Origin: Parasitella parasitica NRRL 2501
Taxonomy: Eukaryota > Fungi > Mucoromycota
Direction of reading: 5' to 3'
Length of the DNA: 64,000 nucleotides
NCBI GenBank assembly: GCA_025201805.1
Contig: MU619338.1
Location: 1-64,000, forward strand
In this document: positions 38,301 to 48,639 of the stretch, piece after piece
How the letters are laid out: every line of letters starts with the position of its first letter
Position numbering within the stretch: position 1 is the stretch's first letter
Notes under the pieces: model-generated
Told to the model about the DNA's origin: nothing
Databases searched by the model: none
The model's input: the letters and a program-made list of their open reading frames with translations, nothing else
Program-made: the position numbers and the translations under genes

Positions 38301-39069
38301 CTGGATCCACGGATTCTGTCAGTTTGCTATAGTTAAAGTCGACTGCCAGCTGATCAAAGACCCCAAGAAAGTCGTCCTCAGTCCATGTCCACTCTTTCGG
38401 CTGTATAAAAATGATATCTAGTGCGTCAAGCAATTCGTTGGCATGGCCCATGTTTTCTGCATTGAACTGTATAAGGGGGATCGCCCATGATAAAACATCG
38501 GATGTGGTAGTCAAAAGTGCAAGGATCTTTTTGTGTTCGCTAAAGCCACCGAGACGAAGATAGATGGTGACAATATGAATGATCCAGTCATGCAGTTGAG
38601 TCGTGTAGCCTTTGATTTTAACCTGTTCCTGATCCACCGCAAGCAATGTAGAGATCAGCTTCATCAGGCACTTTTTATCGTCAAATCTTTTCTGGTCATT
38701 ATTGAAGAGCAGTGTGTTGCTTTGTAGTTCTGTCCGAGAAAACAGTGTCCATATGGTATTGTCGATGTAGGATTGCACTGCTGACTTGGTTGCTTTTGTC
38801 TCGGCCAGCCTCTTTGTGAGCACAGTGTCAACATCTAGTTTGAGTTTATGAATAATCTGATTTAGCTTCTCATCTATCTCCTCTTTCTTGCTATCGCTAT
38901 TGCTTTTGGAGGAGACTGTAGATGTCGATGTTGATGTTGATGTTGAAGAGAAATGGTGCGCGATAACTTGTTCAGAAGAATTTACGGTTTCAATCTTATC
39001 ATTTATCTCTTGCAATTCTTGACAAGCAATCTTGTATTTATAAACTAGAGAATTCAGTTCCTTGTCCAT
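35311..39069 (-). CDS. EPG5: EPG5-like autophagosome-lysosome tether, 1252 aa single exon
   Basis: Long alpha-solenoid ORF; YLTIYRWLQHIVVMPVDHPLLPLYLQMFFSLY resembles the recalled EPG5 LLIYRW..QALVTP.DHPLLPLIWQKFF.LY; also WAIPLIQ, EDDFLGVFDQ, WFFLPNIPF and ALYLFHSLNL..W motifs. Confidence 0.8.
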   Translation of the reverse strand: MDKELNSLVYKYKIACQELQEINDKIETVNSSEQVIAHHFSSTSTSTSTSTVSSKSNSDSKKEEIDEKLNQIIHKLKLDVDTVLTKRLAETKATKSAVQSYIDNTIWTLFSRTELQSNTLLFNNDQKRFDDKKCLMKLISTLLAVDQEQVKIKGYTTQLHDWIIHIVTIYLRLGGFSEHKKILALLTTTSDVLSWAIPLIQFNAENMGHANELLDALDIIFIQPKEWTWTEDDFLGVFDQLAVDFNYSKLTESVDPEKEPFGTVLNFSQTLRDKLMQAILRSKNMSNLVKRLAQTITQIAILLVDTVAEKGWECQDQVDTFLSQLIFGFYDLKDNGGWFFLPNIPFKALSIDALWLVTARILQLKNATPPPCSINQVLDDHLPNITRFLYELNDSQIQGFFMLNCLTNIATCIPSGVDEISAVNDPKSTLSACIVAVISYTLFTVAFVDKNLREVFYKDARDHFGLICKSHPFIVSLLFRWTVEHIATMERMALYLFHSLNLDNWIVLKNDLKLLHKLMSSASKATAMTSQQTAQVQLAKYILQHLNYGYHCASVDPHSSKSQPWHSRKLPFLNYDIHEEVAFILLDACQQFQPLPDTNANTSENKGAIELVGTVTTAVSTYLPIADQIQLLKSTYDNNITGGGSSGNNSSNRNTASDIINWAWSVAIQLKLYDCPVSPRASDIENSITISFLKLVLNSYNNVSSSHSALLIYISFMLSVTSRHFLRFESNDGWMKLLVILKRGKPEAVIHAFSEMIPSFVYMHGDDFFNDESLSDFFKHLIELKTDPMLAKVAAKMHKGTANTGIDLIIGSHVWHAHLIDSVSDLMDENGKGFSYVDLVLHSWLKTAFRKSDWMWHSGYVSVVDSLCKFASILYRHGMVYQMLLEEHKRMKSTKLLQSASSPRLTRFIKNMVVSDGGPYASLLTGEWSMLKASKGPGVEQNCHWFAFEVLVMETINEASFRQELCSLITEQLSTSTTAHEQEQLKPSIDLASIYRLTSQQKPLEYLTIYRWLQHIVVMPVDHPLLPLYLQMFFSLYYLNINDQVTLGSICFNKKNELTTKLRDYIASVQTYYGQKISVTAATATMTKNGDNSFNHKVTSGHTVLGAEVLQQLYYAMWLWLGNENLSSLMGDIHQLPSHYNTHRLQLCYAKKVESDLPWNQADRYWTDLMQTEQLEHDFLSFPWEGSEKFRTDDITATAAKADDLISLSTTTRHRLRLITDESTIEPLPTLVINTPSTSTSTSSIKKKMNLK

Positions 39070-39442
39070 CTATTTTACAAGCAGATTAGCCCTCACAAAT
39101 GTCTGGTAATTCATATCTAGTTACTTTTTCGAGTGTACAGAAACAAAAAGAGAGCAAGTTGCGTCATATACTGTAAAAAGAGGGCAGGTATCTTGAACAG
39201 CGTGCTTTTAAATATCACGGTGGTGGTAGTGATTAGAGGCAGCAATTAGGGGTGATAAGCCAGTGTGTGTAATATTTGTATATGTGATAGTGTAATGGAG
39301 ATGCTACAATATTCTAAATAAGGATTCTTTTGCGACCATAAACTATTTAATAAACAGGAACATTTAAATAAAGGATTTTTACACAGATCTTTTGCTTCTC
39401 TTTTCCTTTCCTACTCTATCCTTTTATTGTCTGCACTAGAAA

Positions 39443-42400
39443 ATGCCTCATCTTACGACGTATTCGTTTTGTGTTGAAAATAACGCCCATTCCGCAATAC
39501 TTCGTGACCGACTGAAATCGCTACATCCGCATCTACATTCCGTCTATTTGAACCATAGTAGCCAGGCCAGCTGTATTACCATTTCAGGCACCAACAGCGA
39601 TATAGTAACTGCAAAAAGCGACCTGATCAAACTACAGGCTATTGNNNNNNNNNNNNNNNNNNNNAAAAAAAAAAAAAAAAAAAAAAAACTCTTGGGCTAT
39701 GCATTACACATGAATACTCATCAAAAATAACATAGATAACGCTCTCAATTCATTCATTATACCCTGGTTTAGCCTACCGAAGCATCGCTAGAAACAATCT
39801 ACATGAACAATTAAAAGTGATTGCCATCCAGAATAACATCCAAATTGTAGTAGACTACAGCCAAATTGCTATTCGACTGATTGGGTCTATCGATAAAATA
39901 GAGTTAGCGCGTATCGATGTACTGCTGTTTTTTGATCATCTAGTAATGTAACAGTCCATCTAAGATTGAAAATCCATGTCATATTAATAACTCAAGTAGC
40001 TGGGCTTGTCTGCGAGTAGTCTAAACATACCTCTCTACACACTGAATATTCTTGGAAGCAGAAGACATGCAAACTTCTTGGAAATCATGGAAGAAACGGG
40101 CACACACATCTACTTGCCATCTCCTTGGACCAAATCGACTACCCAGCCAACTTCCACAACAACACCTGGTGGATCCGAAAGCATCATTCATGTAACCGGT
40201 GACACCACCGAGGCAGTACAGAGAGCGACAATGTTACTAGCGAAATCGCTCCCTCAAAAGGTATCTTCTATAAAAACAAATAACCTTAAAAAAGCTCTAA
40301 TGATATCAATGTGATTATTAGGTTAAAACGATGTGTAACTCCCAATCTATACTAAACCCCCGAAAAAGGGATTGGTTATTATTGTACAAAAAAGAGGAGT
40401 TGACGAAAATGATGAGAGATAATGGTAAAAACGAAAAAAAGAAAAAGAAAAGAGCAGTGTTTGAATGTAGACGACAGTGTAACAAACTAATCATTGTACA
40501 TTGGATAGGTTCATATATAGCATTTCCTCCTTTTGGCTCCGAGAATTCAACCCAAATTCAAGTATTTGCCGAAAACAGCATCAACATTGAAAGGACATTG
40601 AGAACTTTAAATTACCTGGTTCGTGTGTTAGTTTAGCGCATTCAGAAACCGAAGCTTACATCTATCCGCAATAGACTAGTCATATATTTCAAGCCGTCAT
40701 CTATGTTAATACTGTACAGCCAACTGAAATGGTTGTTCGCTTAGCCCAAGATTCTGGTGCCCAAGTTATGTACCGGACAGATTTCAATCAATATGAAATC
40801 ACTGGTTCGAAAGAGCAGATACAGGGCATAGTACGAATAATCAAAAGCTTGCCTATTTCGCAAGTATGTAAATTATCTGACGAAACACTGCAATGCACCA
40901 TAATCTAATATGCGTCATTTAAATGTACAGGAACACCACAAGTCTGTAATGTTCTCTATTGAATTAGCTTTGGATCAGAGAGAGTTCATTAGCGGGAAAA
41001 AGAATGGAAAGATCAACAAGATAATGAAATCGTGCGATGCAGACATACAGTTTCAAGCATTCAACGACTATAATTTTGTCATCACCATCGAGAGCGAAGA
41101 CTTTTTCAAAGCAAAAGACGGGTTGGACTCGCTACAGAACGAATTGCCCGCTGAAATATCGTTCTTTGTGCCTGAAATTTGTCATCGTCGCATAATTGGC
41201 GTCGCAGGGAAAAACATTCAGAGCGTTATGAAACAATATGGAGTTTATGTGAAATTCTCGAGTAACGACGAACTAGCAACATTAGGTGGATATTTTGAAA
41301 ACGAACACAATGTGATCGCTAGGACACCCGAAAAGAATATTCACAGTCTGCTCAAACTAAAGGCTGCAGTCATGGAATTCATTACATTTCAAAAGGACCG
41401 AGACTATGTTTCCCGATCAGAATACGTGCCTTATTTTGCACAAAGGAATTTGTTGTATCAGAACGGAAAATACTTGCGCGACAAAGGAAGGCTGTACAAC
41501 TCCAAGATTACATGGCCCGAAAGAAATGGAACAGACCATGTGCTCATCACAGGCCCCCAATCTCACATTGAAGAGATGCAACTGAGAATACAGAGCTTGC
41601 TGCCGCAGTACCTTGAAATCCAAGTGCCTGCTTCTGTTGTGCTAGAAAATATATTGAAATCAGTCGATATCGAAGAGCTGCAGCTGAAGTTGCATTCCAA
41701 AACAAAGATATTCCTAGTTTTACCTGATAATTCGACCATGACAGCTGCTATGGCTATTGAAGAAGAAGACGAAATCGATGATCCTTTGTTTAGAGTTGAA
41801 GGCCGAAACACCAATGCAGCCTTTTACGACTATAGAGTGTTAACTTTCAAGTTGTGTTACGATGCTAACTCAAAGAGTCAGTTAGAAACAGCAAGACACA
41901 TGTTTGATACATTTATGACTTGCCGGTTTGTGCCTGTGGATGACACACTTCATAACACTACTTTAAATGGATCTCCTAGCCCAGAAGATATGCGTCATAT
42001 CAGTCCATCTGTGATGCATCATATTGATTACCCCGAGTCTTGTAAGTGTCAAAGCAACAATACAAATTTACCTTGTCTAATTAATCATCTCAGATGAGCA
42101 GCAGCAACAGCAACAGCAGCAGCAACATAGTCAAGGCAACTTCTTTTCAAACAAAAAACTGCCATCGAAATTAAAACAGCAATCGCCAACTGACTTCTTT
42201 GTGTCCAATCCTCCTGATAGTCAATCTAGCAAGTCCACATCTACTGCATATGATCGACATCAAGAAAAACCTTCTTCAAAGGAAGAATTCAACGTCTGGT
42301 CCAATAAGCCTTCTCACTCTGTAAGCGATATGTACATAAGAATACGTGAACGTGCATATGTTAATCGTTTTAAATTATAGAATGAACCGTTACGATTCTC

Positions 42401-43113
42401 TCTGTCTAACATACCATCCACAAAATCATCTCAATTCTACTACCCTAGGCCTGAGTTAAAACCAAACTATTCGACTAGTTCTGCTAATTTGTATCATCAA
42501 GATTCATATAATTCATTCTACCAATATGGACGTAATAATACTACAGCACAACACCCACTGCAGCAACATCAGCAGCAACGTCAACAGCAACAACAGCAAC
42601 ATCAGCAGCAGCAACAACAACAACAACAACAACAAAAACAACAACAACAACAACAACAGCAGCAGCAGCAAAGTGAATATGTTGCCTCCACTTCATTTGT
42701 GCCTGTAGGTTATTCAAGACAGAGAAGCACTTCATTAATACCATCTGGGCAGCACTATCCAAATCCAAGCGTGCTGATTAACCAACAGGCTTCGTCGTCA
42801 CCCGGTACCTTTGGCTCGTATCCTTCTTTTAACTTGCCTACTCCCACATCAAGAATTGGCATTGGGTCCCTTAATACAATGAGTAGCAATGATCTTCATC
42901 AGTACAACAACTCAAGATTTTACCCTCTCGACAGTGCGTATCGCCAAAAGTAATATGTTATCCTTTCTAACACAACTATCTATCTATACAGCAGGAAAGA
43001 GTCCTTCAAGCTCGCTTAGTACGCCTATCCCAATTGCAGTTAATAGCAGCGGCAATACTATTGATAATGTAACAATGCAATCTATGCATTCACATAGATT
43101 TAACTATTATTAA
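39443..43113 (+). CDS. Multi-KH-domain RNA-binding protein (Mug60/Bicaudal-C-like KH array) with Q-rich low-complexity tail, many introns
   Basis: ILGSRRHANFLEIMEETGTHIYLPSP, REFISGKKNGKINKIM, ELPAEISFFVPEICHRRIIGVAGKNIQSVMKQYGVYVKF, ENEHNVIARTP; polyQ near the C-terminus. Confidence 0.82.
39645..39664. other. Small assembly gap at the first exon/intron boundary of the KH gene
   Basis: 20 N bases followed by poly-A. Confidence 1.
42560..42671 (+). repeat. (CAG/CAA)n coding repeat, interrupted polyglutamine
   Basis: Encodes QQHQQQRQQQQQQHQQQQQQQQQQQKQQQQQQQQQQQ. Confidence 0.95.
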
Positions 43114-43498
43114 TATACCCCTTATATATCTTATCCTATCTGAATACCCATGTACGTTATACCATACATATATAGTGTGCTGCCTATTCTACATGGCTTG
43201 TTATAATTATAACGCAACTTTTGTATTACATTTTATAATTTTTTTTGCCAAGTAGTCTAGTATCGTACTTTTGGTTGTCCATGGCAGAAATCCTTATTAG
43301 GAACAAGCTTGCTGTGAAAAAAGACAGTAAAGATCGTCAATGATACGGCATTGTATGGAAGGAGCGGTATGCGCCACTTTGAGAACAGTGAGCTGACATA
43401 CTATATGCAGTAGGGCACAAACACATGATAAAAAAAGCAATTTCTTAAAGTATCTATTACAGTATTGCTATTTTATTGTTTTAATGTATCATTGCGCG

Positions 43499-45646
43499 CT
43501 AAACATGCGCAGCAGCTCGCCATGCTTTCTCTAATTGAAACAACTCGTTTGCATACTCAGGGCTTGGCAAAGAAGTAGATTGCCAATCTGATTCTAAAAA
43601 GCTGCTGGCACGACCATGAACCTGCGATTCCATCTTTACCAGCTCAGATATAAAACCAATATTAGGAGACATATTAGGCCTTGCCCTAATAACATGGCGG
43701 TATGCCTTCTTGAGCGTCCATCGTTCCGAAGTAACCAAGTAGGCCAATATAGCTGTAATAGAGCGGGATTTTCCCGCTTTGCAATGTACATAAATTGGCT
43801 CGTGGTTCTTTTTTGCCTCCTCTAAAATGGAATAGAATGACTTGAGACTTTATTACTATGAGGCTGCAGATGACTTACCTATAAACTGTACTGCTTCCAT
43901 CATGACAAGTTCAATGTTTTTCATTTCCAACGTATCACGAGCAGCGATTTTGTGATAATGGACAGTGTAGCTGCTCAAACCTTCATCTTGACATTCTTCA
44001 GCCATGTTCAGTACGCGTTTGATTCGTCGTTCTTGTATTAACTGCTTTGCTTGTTCGGTAGTTTCAATTTCAGGGCCTACGAATAAAAAGCTTGGAATGA
44101 TTTCTGAAATGTTGAAACCAAAATCTGATTCCGTAAGAGGAGAGAAATCTGCTGTCATAACCTCATCGTCTTCTGTAACACGGTTTAACAAAGCATTGTT
44201 TGAGAGGGCACAATCGTTGGCAGTAGGATTATCACTGCTGACAGCAGTAGCAGCAGGAGGAATCGAGGCGGTATCTTGTGGTTGATGTTGAGATCTTCTT
44301 TCAGCTCTTCGCGCTAGCGCATTTGCATTATTCACACGAGCAGCTTGCGTATCTAAACTGAATAGACTTGTCCGTCTATTAAAATCAATTTTGGATTCTC
44401 CAATGGTATAACTGATAGATCGTTTCGGTATAATATTCTGCTTCGTATTAGCAGCGCCAGCACTACTAGATAAAGGCATATTTGAGGGCAGAGAAGACTG
44501 CTGCGATTGAGGAATCTCGAGCCAATTTTCATGCTGAAGAAATGATTGAAAACCGCCAACTAGATAATATAGTTTGCCTGGGTTTTTTTGATCGGTTCCA
44601 ATGTGTCTTTCCAATACATTTAGTAGAGTCCAAGCTTGAGATGTCTGATCGTCTTCTGACATTTCATCATCGTATACAATCCAGACTGTCTTTTTCTTCT
44701 TCTTCTTTTGCTCTGCTTCCACAGCTTTTTGCTCCAGAACTGTCGAAAATTTCTGTGTCAAATGTTGCTTTTTTGAAAGATAGATATCTCGGCCCTCTGG
44801 GGTTGTGATGAAGTTTTGCAGGTTAAAGTTTGCAACCGACCCCCGTTGATATCTCTTGATGAGTAGAGATGGCAAATTAACATTTAACGATCCTCGGATA
44901 TGGCATTTCTGATACTCCATGATATTTCGAACGTCAATTAACGTCACCAAATAGCCCTGGCCCAGCTGTTCAGCAGTAAGAAGCTCAATCAGTTCGTTTG
45001 GCTCAATTGGATCTGCTCTTCTTTCCATGGCTTTAAAATGAGACTCAGAATGCGTGCGATTGAGCTTTTGATGAGGTTTTTTTGGAGGAGCTTGCAAATG
45101 CTGGTGACTGATGGATCGATGTGGAACGAGTAAAGGAGGCTGTGCGGTTCCTAATTGAGCCAACAACGCTTTGGTATTATCCTCCAAACCAATTAACTTA
45201 TCCAACTTTGCTAACTGGACAGCAGTTAAACATAGCTCAGCAGTTGTAATATTATTAGGCTTATCGGATGGAAAATGTCCAAATGTGAACGAATGTCTAT
45301 TTACATCCTGAGCAGAGACTAGATGATGGTGCCTTTTGCGGTGTTCTGCTGAATGTCGTTTTCTTTGTCTTGCCATATAAACACTGTCTTTTTGAGGTGC
45401 AGGAAGGGAAGGAGGAGACACTGGGTATTGTGGAAAAGGAGGCTCACTCAGTTCAAGAGTTGCGATATTTGGTAATGACATTGATGGCCTAGGTTGATTT
45501 ACAATGTTCACAGTTTCATCTTGTTTTTTCCACTTTTTGGATGAAGTTAGGTTAATTGGGAATCTCTTCAAAATGCTCTTTGCTAAGCTTGATTTCTTTT
45601 TGTCGTTTGTCGAAGCTGGCTTCCCTCTGTATCTATCAAACAGCAT
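43499..45646 (-). CDS. Dual-specificity MAP kinase phosphatase with rhodanese (CH2) domain, 2 exons
   Basis: LIDVRN..EYQKCHIRGSLNVNLPSLLIKR, YYLVGGFQSF (rhodanese); ISEIIPSFLFVG, RVLNMA, catalytic YVHCKAGKSRS, AYL, SPNIGF. Confidence 0.92.
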
Positions 45647-46382
45647 TTTTGAAGAAAAGAATAAAAAAAAAAAAAAGAAAGGCAAAAGAGAAACTGTGCA
45701 ACTGTACGGATGGTTTACTTTTTGATGATGATAATTTCTTTGTGAGACTTGCAGAATGGCCAAAAGATTTTAAATTTAAATTTGTCTCCTTTGGTTCTGA
45801 GGAAATTTACCTTTTCGTCATGAAAGGAAAATGAGAAAGGAGGTATCGCCTTTTCTTCCTTTCCTCAATTCGATTCCCTAAACCAAACAATTACATGCTA
45901 ATACGTCTCCAATTTTATCCCATCAGAAACCACTGCTTCCTCTGCAACATGAAGGCATCCCCTGGCAAAGAAGATTGTAAAAGATTAAGCAAAACATGTT
46001 CATTTTTTATTGATTTGATATTTCGTGTAACTTGCCCCTGTACTAAAAAAGTACAGTCAGTACGGTCGGTTCGCAAAATAACAATTGGCTGTTACAAAAA
46101 TAGTAATTGTCGGTTGGTGAAACGTATAAAATCGGTCATTGAAAACAATTTCTTGAAAAAGACAAAATTTCATTTGCCGGTTAGTGTGTGGTTTCAAAAT
46201 ACAGATGAGTATGGCCTTAATTTGTATGACGTCACACTATTTTTTGCATTCGCCTGATTCACGTAAGATTGTTTCTTGCTATTTCAAGGTATGTTTAACA
46301 TTAACAGCTCACATCCCGTTCTTTATCAACCCATTTTATTATTCTAATATATAGAAGCCATCAAAAGTGAATTATGTTTTCA

Positions 46383-47437
46383 GGTTTCGAATAGGTGGGT
46401 TCATGTACATATCTTTATTCGCATAACTGATGTTGCACTGGTATCCACTGCAATAAAGTATAGCCTGAAGGCTTCTTTGAAGCAGCTTCAGCGCGGAAGT
46501 CAAACTAAGGGACCAGCTCCAGAACCCTGTTAGGCTGATATGTATTTGGTCAGAATTCACTTGGCTGGTCGTCCAGTCAAGGACATGTCGATTGGATACT
46601 GCACTGTGAAAGGTGCAGCCCGATGTGTGAACGCCCACGAAGCTGGTAGTCGTGGCAGCCCATAAAAATATACAGTTCTTATTCGCGCAAGGACCCATGG
46701 CGGTTGGTATAACGCTCGAAGGTGCTATTTACATATTTTTAGATCATTGCTCTTTACTAGACCATTGGCGTACTTCAATTTAGATTTGAATAAAGGGAAG
46801 TACACCTTAAAGCAAGGTCACAAACAATCAAAATGTTCTATCAATCGCATTCTCTGGTCTCGAATAGCTGGGTTCATGTACATATCTTCAACCGCATAAC
46901 TGATGTTGCACTGGGATCCACTGCAATAAAGTATAGCCTGAAGGCTTCTTTGAAGCAGCTTCAGCGCGGAAGTCAAACTAAGGGACCAGCTCCAGAACCC
47001 TGTTAGGCTGATATGTATTTGGTCAGAATTCACTTGGCTGGTCGTCCAGTCAAGGACATGTCGATTGGATACTGCACTGTGAAAGGTGCAGCCCGATGTG
47101 TGAACGCCCACGAAGCTGGTAGTCGTGGCAGCCCATGAACTCAGTCAATCTATATATTTTTATGTACATATCTTCAACCGCATAACTGATGTTGCATTGG
47201 TATCCACTGCAATAAAGTATAGCCTGAAGGCTTCTTTGGAGCAGCTTCAGCGCGGAAGTCAAATTAAGGGACCAGCTCTAGAACCCTGTTAGGCTGATGT
47301 GTATTTGGTCAGAATTCGCTTGGCTGGTCGTCCAGTCAAGGACATGTCGATTGGATACTGCACTGTGAAAGGTGCAGCCCGATGTGTGAACGCCCACGAA
47401 GCTGGTAGTCGTGGCAGCCCATAAAAATATACAGTTG
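46383..47437 (+). repeat. Three near-identical copies of a ~260-nt, GC-richer element (about 46403-46663, 46876-47136, 47162-47422); candidate structured ncRNA
   Basis: Core ATGTACATATC...GGCAGCCCAT repeated three times with few substitutions; multiple hairpins with G.U pairs on the + strand; ORFs across it are interrupted in at least one copy. Confidence 0.9.
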
Positions 47438-48639
47438 AACTTTCTTTTTACAGAGTTGCAGTTGGTTGAACTGATTGCTTGGATGTGTTCTTGTGATAAC
47501 ACTAAATAATTGATCGGGCTGATGGCTTTTTTTTTTCATGATAGGCGTAAATGCAGGCTTTCAAGAACTACCAGAAGATACTAAACTAATACCTGCCCTT
47601 CGGGGATGCATCTTGTGTACATTGGCGCAGGATGTCGTATGATCTCCAGCTGCGAAGTGGAAACACCACACTGCTCTTAGCTGGCCTCTGTTTTTTTTTT
47701 TATCAACAATCGTATTGAGTTTTCCTGAACTTGCTGTTTGGTTGTCACTTTTACCGTATCAAGGCAGATCATCTGGAGTTAGATCAAGCAGGAATTTTGA
47801 CAATGCTGGTACTGGCCTGGGTTGGTAGGATAATCAGTGTTCCCTTAGTCCCTTTTCCTTGATCGTTTACTTCTGGATTACCCTTTGCTATTATCTCGTT
47901 AGATAGGAGTTAATACCTACAAGACACTCCTACAAGATTAGCAACAATTGAGAATAATAAACGATCATCATTATTGCTCTTTTTTAGAATAGATTTATAA
48001 CAGCAAAAAATTATGTTGTTGGTCCCTGACTCCAGGTTTAATTATTCGAAAACTCCACTTGTGGTGTTCTTGATTTGTTTATAGTTCAGTGCACTATTCG
48101 ATGTAACAACTGTAAAAACCAGATTGGGAGATAAATGCAGGGTTTGTATAAACAAAAGATTTCCCATAAATTTGGAGTAGAGTTAACAAATAATACATAC
48201 ACAATGCACAAAAACGAAGTGCACCGCAAGCAAGCAAGTCTGCTCAAAGAAGAAAAATACACAACTTTGTAAAAGAAGGGTTGAACTTAATCCATGGCAC
48301 AACTATTTGATAATAGGGATAAAATGTGGAGAACATGCCTAATTAAATAAAGTTCCATAATTGTAAAGGCTTTTGCTTTCTATTAGAGGAGATACGCTCA
48401 AAATTGTTGCTTCAGAACTCTGTTGATTAGACTTTATTATCAAAGCGGTTTGTAAGGTGCCAAACATTAAAATGAAGGGATCTATTGTTATTTAGTATAA
48501 TGTAATGAGAATGGTATTTTTTGGTGACGAATATCTTGATATTTTTGGTTTGAAGAGTAACGACATGAAAAAACATGTTAATATTATATTTGTTTTGCAT
48601 AAAAGGCCGGCTTGTTCTTGTCAACGTCTTGAAACTTAT

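Noticed and set aside
46403-46663. Assignment of the repeat to hammerhead, hairpin or HDV ribozyme, SRP, RNase P/MRP, group I/II intron, snoRNA or CRISPR
   Set aside because: Only partial look-alikes (CTGATGT not CUGANGA, TAAA not GAAA, GGAAGTC without a P4 partner, no SRP helix-8 loop); units are too long for CRISPR and there are no cas genes.
46372-47539. Repeated - strand ORFs (…VGVHTSGCTFHSAVSNRH…) as a tandem gene family
   Set aside because: No consistent start, a stop in copy 3, no recognisable domain; the substitution pattern fits RNA structure better.
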